From a bacterium (lineage in GTDB: Bacteria; Desulfobacterota; DSWW01): a stretch of 36,336 bases of DNA. Below the pieces are notes generated by a model, which saw only the letters and a list, made by a program, of their open reading frames with translations, made no database searches and was not told the DNA's origin. Each line of letters begins with the position of its first letter. The first letter of the stretch is position 1. The stretch is from NCBI GenBank assembly GCA_040756235.1, contig JBFLZG010000135.1:1-36336 (forward strand), in the 5' to 3' direction. Shown piece after piece: positions 8,190 through 17,770 of this stretch. The translations under genes were made by a program, and so were the position numbers.

Positions 8190-9206
8190 ATGCGAAAAGA
8201 GGTGAGGTCCGGAGGTCTTCTCCTGACCAGGTTCCTCCCGGCTCTGCTCTTGCTTGCGGGCTGCGCGGCACGCGGCGCCGCTCTCGTGCCCGAGGAGCCG
8301 GCGCCGACCGCTCCCCTGCCGATGGAGTCTCCCTATCTCGCTCCTTCCGCTCTTCAAGAGGGACAGATCCTGCACCTTGCCACCGGAAGGCTTCTCAGCG
8401 AATCCGAGCTGATCACCTACCTCTCTTCTTTTCCGGTGGTATACGTGGGCGAGACCCACGACAGCCTGGACGATCACGCGATCGAGTTGACGGTGCTCAA
8501 GGGCCTCGTGGAGAGAGGGCCGCAACGGGTGGCCCTCGGCCTCGAGATGCTGCAGAGGAATTCCCAGTCCGAGGTGGACGCGTACCTGTCCGGCCGGATG
8601 GACGAATCCGGGTTCGCCCGGACCTGGGAGAAGAACTGGGGGGACGACACGTTCCGGTATTATCGAGAGATCCTCGCCTTCGCGCGGGACCACGAGGTGC
8701 CGGTGCGGGCATTGAACATCGGGATGGATCTCAGGGAGGCTGCGCGGGACGGTCAGACCAGCCGGGAGAACCGCGATCTGCCTGATATGGATCTCGAGGA
8801 TCCCTACCACAAGGCCTTCATCGAGGCGATCCTGGGGGGGCATCCCATGGAGGAGTCCCCGAACGGGTCTCCGCACCCGTCCCCCCACCAGGGAATGGAA
8901 GCCTTCTACCGGGTCCAGGTCCTCTGGGACGAGGCCATGGCCCAGAGCGCTGCCCGCTACCTGGAGAGCCTCGAGGGCAGGGGGAAGCAGCTGCTCATTC
9001 TGGCCGGCGGCAATCACGTCTCCTACGGGTTCGGGATCCCGAGGAGGCTTTTCCGCCGGCTGCCGCTGCCCTACTCCATTCTGCTGCCCTTTCCGGTGGG
9101 AGTCGCCATAGAAAAGGGCCACAAGGTCATGGAAGTGGAGCTGCCGGAGATGCCGATGCGGCCTGCGGATGTCTTCTGGGCCGTAGGGTACGAGAGCCTG
9201 GATTAG
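8190..9206 (+). CDS. ChaN-family (EreA/ChaN/Tiki superfamily) lipoprotein
   Basis: Lipobox LLAGC; VVYVGETHD, ALGLEM, WDEAMA and LAGGNHV motifs. ATG 8190 is preferred over 8154 because of the promoter position. Confidence 0.88.
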   Translation: MRKEVRSGGLLLTRFLPALLLLAGCAARGAALVPEEPAPTAPLPMESPYLAPSALQEGQILHLATGRLLSESELITYLSSFPVVYVGETHDSLDDHAIELTVLKGLVERGPQRVALGLEMLQRNSQSEVDAYLSGRMDESGFARTWEKNWGDDTFRYYREILAFARDHEVPVRALNIGMDLREAARDGQTSRENRDLPDMDLEDPYHKAFIEAILGGHPMEESPNGSPHPSPHQGMEAFYRVQVLWDEAMAQSAARYLESLEGRGKQLLILAGGNHVSYGFGIPRRLFRRLPLPYSILLPFPVGVAIEKGHKVMEVELPEMPMRPADVFWAVGYESLD

Positions 9207-9230
9207 AGGGCACGCTCCCCTCAATTGTTC

Positions 9231-10604
9231 TCAATTGTTCAATGAATGGAGCGGCGCCGGGATCCGGCCTCCCTTGGTCACGAACGATCGGGCGGCGCCG
9301 CCGTGGGGAACGGCCAGGATCGCGCTTTCACCGAAGAGCCCTCCGAAGACCGCCCGCTCGCCGGCCGTCTTGCCCGGGACCGGGATGATGCGGACCGCGG
9401 TCGTCTTGTTGTTGACCATGCCGATGGCCATCTCGTCGGCGATCACGGCGGCGATCGTTTCCGGCCCCGTGTCGCCCGGAACCGCGACCATGTCGAGGCC
9501 GACCGAGCAGACGCTCGTCATGGCTTCCAGCTTCTCGAGGCTCAGGTGACCCTGCTCCACGGCCCTGGCCAGGGCGCTGTCTTCCGAAACCGGGATGAAG
9601 GCGCCGCTCAGCCCGCCCACCGACGATGAGGCAAATAGACCGCCCTTCTTGACCGCGTCGTTCAGAAGGGCCAGGGCTGCTGTCGAGCCCGGCGCGCCGA
9701 TTCTCTCGACGCCCATGGCCTGCAGGATCTCGCCGACGCTGTCGCCTACGCGCGGCGTGGGCGCCAGGGAGAGGTCCACGATGCCGAAAGGCACGCCCAG
9801 GGCCAGCGCCACTTCCCTGCCGATCAGCTCCCCGATGCGGGTGATCCGGAACGAGGTCGTTTTCACCTCTTCGGCGAGGTCGCCCAGGTCGAGCCGCCGG
9901 GTGGAGCGCTGGAGCCTTTCCAGAGCGCGTTTGACCACCCCGGGGCCGCTCACGCCGATGTTGACCACGCACTCCGGCTCGCCGTGGCCCAGGTAGGCGC
10001 CGGCCATGAAGGGGTTGTCCTCCGGGATGTTGCAGAAGACGACGAGCTTGGCGCAGCCGAAACCGTCCCGCTTTGCCGTAAGCCGGGCCGTCTCGCAGAT
10101 GATGTGGCCCATCAGGAGCACCGCTTCCATGTTGATCCCGGCCTTGGTGCTGGCGACGTTGACCGAGGCGCAGACCCGCTCCGTCTCCGAGAGTACGGCG
10201 GGCATGGCCTGGAGCAGGGCGCGCTCGGACTCCGTGAAGCCCTTGGGTACCAGGGCGGTGAAGCCGCCCACCAGGTCCACCCGCACCTCCTTTGCGGCTC
10301 GGTCGAGGCAACGGGCGACCTGGCGCATCCCGTCTTCCCCGTGGCTGGCAGCCACCGCGCTCACCGGGCTCACGGCAAGCCGCTTGTTCACGATCGGTAT
10401 GCCGTACTTGGCCGATATCTCTTCGCAGACCGCCACGAGCCGGCCCGCTCGGTTCACGATCTTCCTTTCCACCTTGCGGCACAGTTGCTCGATGTCGGGC
10501 GAGCTGCAGTCCAGAAGGTGGATGCCCATCGTCACGCTCCGGACGTCCAGATTCTCCTGTTGGAACATCCGCACCGTGCTGAGGATCTCTTGAGAACGGA
10601 TCAT
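9231..10604 (-). CDS. DUF711 / UPF0210 PFL-family protein
   Basis: ENLDVRSVTMGI, GIPIVNKR, CAKLVVF.N.PEDNPFMAGA, GVSGPGVV, DLSLAPT, GGLSGAFIPVSED and LEAMTSVCSVGLDM. Confidence 0.95.
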   Translation of the reverse strand: MIRSQEILSTVRMFQQENLDVRSVTMGIHLLDCSSPDIEQLCRKVERKIVNRAGRLVAVCEEISAKYGIPIVNKRLAVSPVSAVAASHGEDGMRQVARCLDRAAKEVRVDLVGGFTALVPKGFTESERALLQAMPAVLSETERVCASVNVASTKAGINMEAVLLMGHIICETARLTAKRDGFGCAKLVVFCNIPEDNPFMAGAYLGHGEPECVVNIGVSGPGVVKRALERLQRSTRRLDLGDLAEEVKTTSFRITRIGELIGREVALALGVPFGIVDLSLAPTPRVGDSVGEILQAMGVERIGAPGSTAALALLNDAVKKGGLFASSSVGGLSGAFIPVSEDSALARAVEQGHLSLEKLEAMTSVCSVGLDMVAVPGDTGPETIAAVIADEMAIGMVNNKTTAVRIIPVPGKTAGERAVFGGLFGESAILAVPHGGAARSFVTKGGRIPAPLHSLNN

Positions 10605-10622
10605 GCGTGGGTCCTCTCAAGG

Positions 10623-10645
10623 GGGCGTTTATCGACAGCCTCTCC
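10623..10645 (+). repeat. Isolated terminal repeat of the MITE-like family
   Basis: gggcgtttatcgacagcctctcc is essentially the reverse complement of ggagaggctgtcgataaacggcc at 17768-17790. Confidence 0.7.
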
Positions 10646-10680
10646 AAGAGGAGTCGACCCCAGGCTCACGTCCGGGCGGT

Positions 10681-11259
10681 TCAGGATCTTGCGGCCTTCA
10701 GCCGGGTGTGCCGGAAATCGATCTCGTTGGTCGCCACGAAGATGTTCTCGTGCTGCAGGCTCACCCGGATGTCCCGGTCCTTCCACAAAGCCTCCAGATC
10801 GATCTGGATCTGCCGGATGTCGTGCTCGCGCGGCACCATGAGCTGGCCGATCACGACGAAGCGGTCCCCTCTCGTCTCGGCATAGAGGTCCGTGATGTTG
10901 ATGTTCCGGCTGCCCAGGTAGCTGCTCGAGCGGCTCAGGATGCCGCTGCGGTCCTTGACGACCAGGGTGAGTACGAAAGGCTCGCCGTCTTTGACGACCG
11001 GGACCCTGTCGGAGTCGGGGTCCTTCTCCTTGACGGAGACGGCCAGCTCGCCGGGCCCCGCGGACTCCACGATCGCGCGCTGGATCTCCTCCAGGGCATG
11101 GGCCCGGGGGAACTCGGCGGAAAGGATCAGGGCGAAATATCCCCGGAGCACGGTCTGGCTGATCGAGTCGATGTTGCCCTCGAGACCGTAGATGGCGCGG
11201 CTCACGGCGGCGACGATTCCGACCCGGTCGCGCGACATGACGGAGATGACGGCGTTCAT
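10681..11259 (-). CDS. Tandem ACT domain protein (GcvR-like), partner of DUF711
   Basis: Two ACT repeats (VISVMSRDRVGIVAAVS..GNI; LTLVVKDRSGIL..NINI) and a C-terminal QHENIF as in UPF0237-type ACT proteins. Confidence 0.88.
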   Translation of the reverse strand: MNAVISVMSRDRVGIVAAVSRAIYGLEGNIDSISQTVLRGYFALILSAEFPRAHALEEIQRAIVESAGPGELAVSVKEKDPDSDRVPVVKDGEPFVLTLVVKDRSGILSRSSSYLGSRNINITDLYAETRGDRFVVIGQLMVPREHDIRQIQIDLEALWKDRDIRVSLQHENIFVATNEIDFRHTRLKAARS

Positions 11260-11305
11260 GGCATCGAGCTCCTGGTGACGAGCCCACAGGAGAGGGCAGC
11301 GGGCG

Positions 11306-12310
11306 CTAAAGGGTTCGGAACAGGGCCGGAGGCCCCTGGTCGCTAAGCTCCACTCTGCCCTCCTCGATCAGCAGCTCGAGGTGCACCAGGATTTCGGAGA
11401 CCGCCAGGAAGACGTCGTCCTCCGGCACGGCAGGGAACACGTCCTCGATCAGACCGTATACGGGGCGCGACTGCTTCCGGATCGATCTCCACACGAGCTC
11501 CTTGCGCTCATCGTGGTGCTCTCGGTAGCTGGCGACGATCCCCGCAAGGTCATGGATGGGCGCCCCATGCCCGGGAAAGACGTGCCGGACCTCGAGCCGC
11601 GTGAGCTTCTCGAGGGAATCCAGGTAGTGCCTCAGGGGCCTGTAGCCCGAGCTCAGAAAAGGGCCCTTGTGAAGCTCGACCAGAGGGTTGGGGGTGATGT
11701 GCTTGAGGATGTGGTCGCCGCTGAACAAGACCTGACTCGCCCGATCGTACAGGCAGCAGGCACCTGCGGAATGGCCCGGCGTGTGGAGGACCTCGAGCCG
11801 ATACCCTTCTCCCTCGAACAGGTCTCCATCCTCCATGGCCAGGGCATCCTCGACGGGATCGCAGAGCATCCCGAAGAGCTGGAATCTCTTCCGGATCCTC
11901 TCTACCTCACGGGGAGGCATGTCCACCAGGGCCATGAAGCTCTCGGCTTCACGGCTCCACATTTCCTGGTAGGCCTCGGTCCCAACGCGCCAGAGATCTT
12001 CCGTATGAATGTAGCAGGGAATCGAGCGGCCGGCTGCCTCGCGGATGCTCCGGACCAGGCCGAAATGGTCGAGGTGGCCGTGAGTGAGAAGGATCCTGTC
12101 GATATCCGCCGGCGCCTTTCCGTTTTGCTCCAGACCCTCCATCAACTGGTCGAAGGATCCCGGGAACTTCGGTCCCGTATCGATCAGCGTGAGCGAGCGG
12201 TCTCCCAGGGCATACACGTTGGCCGTCCCCAGAACGGAATAGAGGGGCAGCGGGATGGAAACCACGCGGATGTGCCCGATGTCCGGAAATGACGTCACGC
12301 GCCCCTGCAT
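11306..12310 (-). CDS. MBL-fold metallo-hydrolase
   Basis: LIDTG, THGHLDH, HTPGHS, FSGDH and FPGHG. ATG 12310 is preferred to 12370. Confidence 0.92.
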   Translation of the reverse strand: MQGRVTSFPDIGHIRVVSIPLPLYSVLGTANVYALGDRSLTLIDTGPKFPGSFDQLMEGLEQNGKAPADIDRILLTHGHLDHFGLVRSIREAAGRSIPCYIHTEDLWRVGTEAYQEMWSREAESFMALVDMPPREVERIRKRFQLFGMLCDPVEDALAMEDGDLFEGEGYRLEVLHTPGHSAGACCLYDRASQVLFSGDHILKHITPNPLVELHKGPFLSSGYRPLRHYLDSLEKLTRLEVRHVFPGHGAPIHDLAGIVASYREHHDERKELVWRSIRKQSRPVYGLIEDVFPAVPEDDVFLAVSEILVHLELLIEEGRVELSDQGPPALFRTL

Positions 12311-12657
12311 GTCTCTGCCCTTCCGTGTAGCCGGCCCGGGGAGGCCCGCAAGGCGGTCCCCCGAGACCAACGGTCTGCCAAGGAGGTCGCTCGGTCCTTC
12401 TCAAGATAACGGAAACTCACGAGATAGGCCACCGGGGCAGGTTTGCGCCGGGGTCCGCACCTGCGCAGGCCAGACCCCGAGCCTCTCCGCTGACGAATGG
12501 CACGCGGCGGGCGCAAGAAGCCTTGTTGCAATGCCCGAATCACGATGGAACGGGGGCAGAGCCGTGCGGGTTCACGCCGGGCTCTGATTTCCTGCATGAA
12601 AAAAACGGCGGCATGATCGCGATGCGGGATTGTGGAGAGGGCGTTTTCCGCAACCCT

Positions 12658-12960
12658 TCAGAAAGAGCGGGGTCCCCTTTCACCGACTCCGTTCCTTCCT
12701 CTCGGCGCGCTCGTCTCCGTGCGGGGCCGTGCTTCGTTCACCCGCAGGGTTCGTCCCCTCAGCTCTTTGCCGTTCAGGCGCTCGACCGCCTTCAGGGCTT
12801 CCCCGCTGGCAGGCATTTCGACGAATCCGAAGCCCCTCGACTTGCCCGTGTACTTGTCGCGGAGAATGTTGACTGAGGCGACCTGGCCGAAGTCCTCGAA
12901 GAGCTTCTTCAGTTCTTCCTCGGCGGTCTCGAACGGCAAATTGCCCACGTACAGGTTCAT
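12658..12960 (-). CDS. Single-RRM RNA-binding protein (100 aa)
   Basis: RNP2 LYVGNL, RNP1 RGFGFVEM, VNEARPR and a Gly/Arg tail. RBS GGAGGAGG. The ORF-track extension to 13317 is untranslated leader. Confidence 0.95.
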   Translation of the reverse strand: MNLYVGNLPFETAEEELKKLFEDFGQVASVNILRDKYTGKSRGFGFVEMPASGEALKAVERLNGKELRGRTLRVNEARPRTETSAPRGRNGVGERGPRSF

Positions 12961-13199
12961 GCTTCCCTCCTCCTGTGATTGACTACGCCTGACCCATGCC
13001 GTTACAGATTTGCGTTCTGGAGAATCCAGCCTCGATCCGCAGGAGAGTCGAGCGTCCGCACGGACGCCGGGAACCCTCTCCATGCAAGCTCTTGCGAAGA
13101 GAAATGCGGAAGAAATCGGAAGGCGTTCCGTCTTCGGAAGGATTCTTGAAATGACCGCAGCGCGACAAAACCCGGATACCCCGTCTGAAGAACGGACGT

Positions 13200-13228
13200 A
13201 GCATATCACAAAGTTTTGCAAAAAGCAA
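13200..13228 (-). promoter_or_regulatory. Candidate sigma70 promoter of the RRM gene
   Basis: TTGCTT, 17 bp spacer, extended -10 TGaTATGCT, inside an AT-rich patch. Confidence 0.6.
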
Positions 13229-13313
13229 AATGTAAAAAATGACCCGGAGAGGGATCCGGCGCTCGGTCGCGCCGTCAGGGCCGGGTGCCCGGGATCGTCG
13301 CTGCCGCGCTCGA

Positions 13314-13895
13314 TCAAGACCGGTCTGCGTCGGCTCCCTCGGGGTAGGCGTCAAAGAAGAAATTCTTCTCCAGGGGGTTCCGGGTGCGCGGGGCCGTGGA
13401 AATGCCCCGATGCTTCTCCTGCAGCGTGGACAGATCACCCGGGTAACCGATGGCGACCACGACGAGAATGGTGGTTCCGTCCGGGATGCGGAAGGCTTCC
13501 CGGAGCACGGCAGGACGGAATCCGGCCATGGGCCGTGCCACCAGCCCGAGCTCGGCTGCCTGCAGGAGGATGTTCTGCGTGGCCATTCCCAGGTCGAAGA
13601 GGAAATACTCCCTGCCGTCCGATGGCAGGCAGTCCAGCTCCCGTCGGGAGAACCCGATCATCAGCAGAGGAGCGGCCTTTGCCCAATAGTTCGCATCGGC
13701 GAGGGCTCCGTGTGCCCTGCCGAGAGCCGACGGGTCCTCGAGCACGAGGAACCGCCACGGCTGATTGTTGAAGCAGGAGGCCGAGAGTTGGGCTGCTTCA
13801 AGCATCGCCTGCACCTTCTCTGGCTCGACCTGCCGGGGCGAGAAGGCTCTGTAGGCGGAACGTTTACGGAGAAGCGAAAGAAGCAAGGTGTCCAT
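13314..13895 (-). CDS. Nitroreductase family protein
   Basis: RSAYRAF, A.LSASCFNNQPWRF, DLGMATQNILLQA..LGL and IGYP. Confidence 0.93.
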   Translation of the reverse strand: MDTLLLSLLRKRSAYRAFSPRQVEPEKVQAMLEAAQLSASCFNNQPWRFLVLEDPSALGRAHGALADANYWAKAAPLLMIGFSRRELDCLPSDGREYFLFDLGMATQNILLQAAELGLVARPMAGFRPAVLREAFRIPDGTTILVVVAIGYPGDLSTLQEKHRGISTAPRTRNPLEKNFFFDAYPEGADADRS

Positions 13896-13908
13896 GATTC
13901 CCTCTCAG

Positions 13909-14075
13909 GAGGCTGTCGATAAAAACGGCCATCTGCTGCGTTGCGCTCGTGGGGCGTGGAGGTCCCGAGGGCAGCCTGCCCCGGCGAAAGCCGGGGTCAC
14001 TGCGGCGTACTTCCGTGCACGCCTCGTTCCTCAGGATCTCGCGCGTCTTGCATCTGGCCATTTCTCACCAGCCTG
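13909..14075 (+). mobile_element. MITE-like repeat, copy 3 (complete, internal insertion, apparent 4-bp target duplication)
   Basis: Ends gaggctg...cagcctg flanked by TCAG on both sides (13905-13908 and 14076-14079). The body aligns with copy 2 plus about 45 bp containing ccccggcgaaagccgggg. Confidence 0.78.
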
Positions 14076-14101
14076 TCAGAAGGGTGTCTTCGACACCCCC
14101 C

Positions 14102-15667
14102 TCAGAAGCTGTAGCGCGCGAAGAGCACGATCTGATCGTTGTGGCTGAACTGGCCGAACGGGGAGGTGCTCTTGCCGTCCAGGACGAGCAGATCGAAACC
14201 TGCCGCAAGGGCGTCCGTGATCGAGTAGGTGGTCTTCACGCTGCCGATCCAGAGCTCCTCCATCGGATTGTGAAGGAGCCCCCCTTCCAACTGCAAGGTA
14301 TCTTCGAGGAAGCGGGAGTGGGTGCCGACGGTGACGAAGATCTCGGTCTCCCGATAGATGAGGTCCTCGCCGTGGTCATTCAAGATCCTGTCACCCATCA
14401 CCTGCAGACTCAGCAGATGATCTCCCCACTGATAGTCGACTCCGCCGCCCACGCTCAGAACGTTCTTGCGAAACGAGATTTGCGGGGAATACGGGAAGCG
14501 GACCTGGATGCCGCCCGGCAGCGGGGCCAGCGTGAGCGCCGAAAGCGGCGGAAAGCGGAATTCTTCGATCAGCTTGTCCAGCCCTTTCAGCCCCATGTTG
14601 ATGAACCGGTCTTTAATATAGGCGCCTTCGGCGCGGAAGGTGAAGAGGCCGCGGCTGGCAGCCGCATCGAATCCGAAGACCTGGATGCGGTGGAAATCCG
14701 GTCGGACGGTGAGCAGGTAGTTGAAATCAGCCTCAGGCGGGAGGATGCGGAGGTCCGTGACCACGACACCGTCAGCGCGGATCACCGGCCGGCGATCGTA
14801 GCCGTTGAAGTAGCTCAGCCCCAGGTCCACGTTGCCCAGCGTGCGGGCCAGACGTATGCCGAGCTCGCTGTGGCGGATGTTGCGAGCCGGAAGATCGGGT
14901 TCCTCGTTGGTCTGTTCGATCTTCAGGGGGATCGGCTCGGGCAGGCCCGGCAGGATCACGCTCACGAGCTCCGGCGCCTGGAAAACCGGAGGGTACCAGC
15001 GGTCGCCGCGATCCGGGAAGCGATACGGGACCAGGAACGGAATCCAGACGGCCTCGATCTGGATCGACGTCGCGACCGAGCCGTAGAGGGCCCTGAGGGC
15101 CGGCACTCCGATCTTGCGTTCCAGCGCTTCGGAGGTCAGCAGGTGCCGGAGGTCGAGTGGGCTCAAATTGTCCGTCGGGTTGATCTGATCCAGAGTGCCC
15201 CATGCGAACTTCTGCACGCCGATGCGCAGGTCGAGGTCCGGCAGGAAGAGACTGACATAGGCCTCGGCCACCTCTGCGTAGCGGTCCTTGCTCGGGTAGA
15301 CTTCCTTCCAGCCGAGCAGAAAGCCCTCGTTGCGGGCGGAGCGCTGGCTTCCGTCGTAGCCGGCACGGATTTCCCCGTAGAAGCCCGCGTGCTCGCCTGC
15401 GCGCAGATCCGATTTCAGGAGCAGGCGAAAGGAGGGCATTTCGGCGCGCGATTGCGGGTCGAACCGGACGGGTGCGGACAGCTCCAGAGAGCCGCCCAGA
15501 TCGCCCGAGATCGGGCCCTTCTGGAGCTCCAGAGAAGCCAGCACCGGCGCGCCACGAAGCGGGCAGCTCACCACCAGGAGCACGAACACGAGGCGGGAGA
15601 CGGAACGGAGCCGTGCGCCGCAGCAGAGGGGCCCTCGAACGCAACCGGCCTGCCGCGGCTTGCTCAT
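14102..15667 (-). CDS. Putative outer-membrane beta-barrel protein (DUF1302-like)
   Basis: Signal-peptide-like segment, EAYVSL..DLRIG.Q.FAWG..D..NP.D.L.P.D motif, amphipathic strands and a C-terminal ARYSF. The start is uncertain (ORF open to 15868). Confidence 0.72.
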   Translation of the reverse strand: MSKPRQAGCVRGPLCCGARLRSVSRLVFVLLVVSCPLRGAPVLASLELQKGPISGDLGGSLELSAPVRFDPQSRAEMPSFRLLLKSDLRAGEHAGFYGEIRAGYDGSQRSARNEGFLLGWKEVYPSKDRYAEVAEAYVSLFLPDLDLRIGVQKFAWGTLDQINPTDNLSPLDLRHLLTSEALERKIGVPALRALYGSVATSIQIEAVWIPFLVPYRFPDRGDRWYPPVFQAPELVSVILPGLPEPIPLKIEQTNEEPDLPARNIRHSELGIRLARTLGNVDLGLSYFNGYDRRPVIRADGVVVTDLRILPPEADFNYLLTVRPDFHRIQVFGFDAAASRGLFTFRAEGAYIKDRFINMGLKGLDKLIEEFRFPPLSALTLAPLPGGIQVRFPYSPQISFRKNVLSVGGGVDYQWGDHLLSLQVMGDRILNDHGEDLIYRETEIFVTVGTHSRFLEDTLQLEGGLLHNPMEELWIGSVKTTYSITDALAAGFDLLVLDGKSTSPFGQFSHNDQIVLFARYSF

Positions 15668-16038
15668 GTTGATTCCGCTTCCGGCCGGCCGGCGGCCGGC
15701 GCGGTCCTCGTTCCTCGTCCTGCAGTCCTCCGGAGCGAGATCAAAGAGTCCACGTGAAGGGCTGAAGGCGGGAACTCCGGGCGCGTGTCCCTTTTCATGA
15801 GTCGACTTTTCCGCAGTCCCTGCCGCCGGGCCTGTCGGTCTTCTATGGGAAAGCGGCCGCCTTGTCAATGACGAGCGGTCGCTCCGAACGGCGGCGCGAT
15901 CCCGCTGCTCCGGCGGTTGCCCATGGCCTGGGTTCCCGGATCGGCGGGTGGTAGAATGCAGTCCGATCCCGATCCCGCTATCCGCGGGCCGGGATCGTGG
16001 GTACTCATGCCAGATGCAGCGGAGGCTTGGATCGGGCC

Positions 16039-17157
16039 ATGGGCGATGAGAAAAGTCGCGACTTCCTTTCGGTCCGGTTGCCGGGTGGTGGCGGGTACAG
16101 GGTCCGGATCGAGTGGGGCAGCCTTTCCCGGCTCGGTGCGGTCCTCAGGGACGAGAGCATCGAAGGGGAGATATTTCTCCTGAGCGACCGGACGGTCTGG
16201 GCCCTCTATGCAAAGCAGGTGGAAGGGGCGCTCCAGGATGCCGGCTATGAATTGCTGGAGCGGTTCCTTCTGAACGAGGGGGAGGAGAGCAAGTCCCTGG
16301 AGAACTGGCGCGCTGTCCTGGACCGGCTGGCTGCCGTGGAAGACGGTACCCGGAGGCGCCTCGTTCTCCTGAATCTCGGCGGTGGTGTCGTGGGCGACCT
16401 CGGGGGGTTTGCGGCAGCCGCCTACAGGAGGGGCATCCCCTTCATCCAAGTGCCGACGACCCTGCTGGCTCAGGTGGACAGCAGCGTGGGCGGCAAGACG
16501 GGCGTGAACCACCCGGCCGGCAAGAACCTGATCGGGGCCTTCCGCCAGCCTTGCCTGGTCATCGCCGACCTCTCGACCCTGAAGACGCTGCCCGTCCGAC
16601 AGGTGCGGTCGGGCCTGGTCGAAGTCGTCAAGTACGGGCTCGTCCGGGACGGCGCCCTCTTTCACTACCTGGAAGAACAGACCCGCCCGATTCTTTCCCT
16701 GGAACCCGATGCCCTCGCCCACGTCGTGACAAGGTCCTGCGCCATCAAGGCGGAGATCGTAGGCCAGGATGAGCGAGAGGAGCGCGGTGTACGCACCCTG
16801 CTCAACTTCGGGCACACGTTCGGGCACGCCCTGGAGACGGCCGTCGGCTACGGCCGCCTGACGCACGGGGAGGCGGTCGGCATCGGCATCCTCTGTGCGG
16901 CGCGGATATCGACGATCCTGGGCATGTTAGCTCCCGGCCGATACGAGAGGATCGAAGCCCTGCTCGAAGCGATTGCCATCGAGCCGCGCATCCACGGGGT
17001 GGACCCGGAGCGGGTGTGGGAAGCCATGAAGCGCGACAAGAAGTTCCTGCACGGCCGGAACCGGTTCGTTCTGCTGGAAGACATCGGCAGGGCCAGGGTC
17101 GTGGAGGATGTGGATGCGGGCATCCTGGAGGATGCTCTTCGCATGCACCTGGTTTAG
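16039..17157 (+). CDS. aroB: 3-dehydroquinate synthase
   Basis: GEESK, GGGVVGDL.GF, QVPTTLLAQVDSSVGGKT, KNLIGAF, LNFGHTFGHALE, HGEAV and DKK. Confidence 0.97.
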   Translation: MGDEKSRDFLSVRLPGGGGYRVRIEWGSLSRLGAVLRDESIEGEIFLLSDRTVWALYAKQVEGALQDAGYELLERFLLNEGEESKSLENWRAVLDRLAAVEDGTRRRLVLLNLGGGVVGDLGGFAAAAYRRGIPFIQVPTTLLAQVDSSVGGKTGVNHPAGKNLIGAFRQPCLVIADLSTLKTLPVRQVRSGLVEVVKYGLVRDGALFHYLEEQTRPILSLEPDALAHVVTRSCAIKAEIVGQDEREERGVRTLLNFGHTFGHALETAVGYGRLTHGEAVGIGILCAARISTILGMLAPGRYERIEALLEAIAIEPRIHGVDPERVWEAMKRDKKFLHGRNRFVLLEDIGRARVVEDVDAGILEDALRMHLV

Positions 17158-17162
17158 GAGGC

Positions 17163-17287
17163 CGTCAGGCGCCAGGTATCAGGTTTCAGCGCTCAACCGC
17201 GAGTCCACCCATGGCGAAGCCGACGATCGTATTCCGCAAATGGGGGTGAGGGAGGCCTGATGCCTGACACCCCGATACCTGATACCC
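17163..17287. repeat. Heptamer-armed inverted repeat element, copy B
   Basis: Left arm cgtca-ggcgcca-ggtatca-ggtttca-gc and right arm gcctgat-gcctgac-accccgat-acctgat-accc. The arms are homologous to copy A; the interior is different. Confidence 0.8.
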
Positions 17288-17309
17288 GCTTTGCGCCAGT
17301 CCCCTTGGG

Positions 17310-17750
17310 CTATTCGATTTTCTTGATGTAGTAGTGGCACACGGAGGTAGCGATCACGTTCCCTTCGGTGTCCCTGCAGTCCATCTCCAGGACCCACTCG
17401 CCCTTTCCCTTCTCATCGATGGGCCGGATCATCTCAGCTGCCCTCTCCTCGGCGAGGCTCAGCTCGCAGGTGATGTCCGTGACTCCCATGCGGAGAAATC
17501 GGATGCTCATCTCCCGGTTGATCGGGATGTACTTGCCGGGAGCATAGGTGCAGCCGAACAGGGCGGCACCGCTCACTTCCATCAGCATGAAAAGAGATCC
17601 GGCGTAGACGATTCCCACGTGATTGAGGTGGCGGTCCTTGGGAAGGCGGAGCAGCACGTGCCGCTCTTCCAGCAGCTCAGCCTGGAGCCCGGAATCCCTG
17701 ACCCACGGGATGGTTCCTTCGATGACGGGCTTGAGCGCCGCGTGGTCCAC
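17310..17750 (-). CDS. Hotdog-fold PaaI/YiiD-like thioesterase
   Basis: HLNHVGIVYAGSLF.L.E..G motif and MSIRFLR strand. GTG 17750 follows AAGGA. The ORF-track extension runs through a repeat and an alternative frame of the upstream gene. Confidence 0.85.
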   Translation of the reverse strand: MDHAALKPVIEGTIPWVRDSGLQAELLEERHVLLRLPKDRHLNHVGIVYAGSLFMLMEVSGAALFGCTYAPGKYIPINREMSIRFLRMGVTDITCELSLAEERAAEMIRPIDEKGKGEWVLEMDCRDTEGNVIATSVCHYYIKKIE

Positions 17751-17770
17751 GCTCTCATCCTTGCCGTGGA

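Noticed and set aside
12598..12657. Intrinsic terminator after the RRM gene
   Set aside because: A U8 tract exists on the minus strand but the adjacent stem is weak and ambiguous, so it was not called.
12961..13317. 119-aa N-terminal extension of the RRM protein in the ORF track
   Set aside because: A strong RBS precedes ATG 12960, which starts the canonical RNP2 motif, and the extension spans the predicted promoter.
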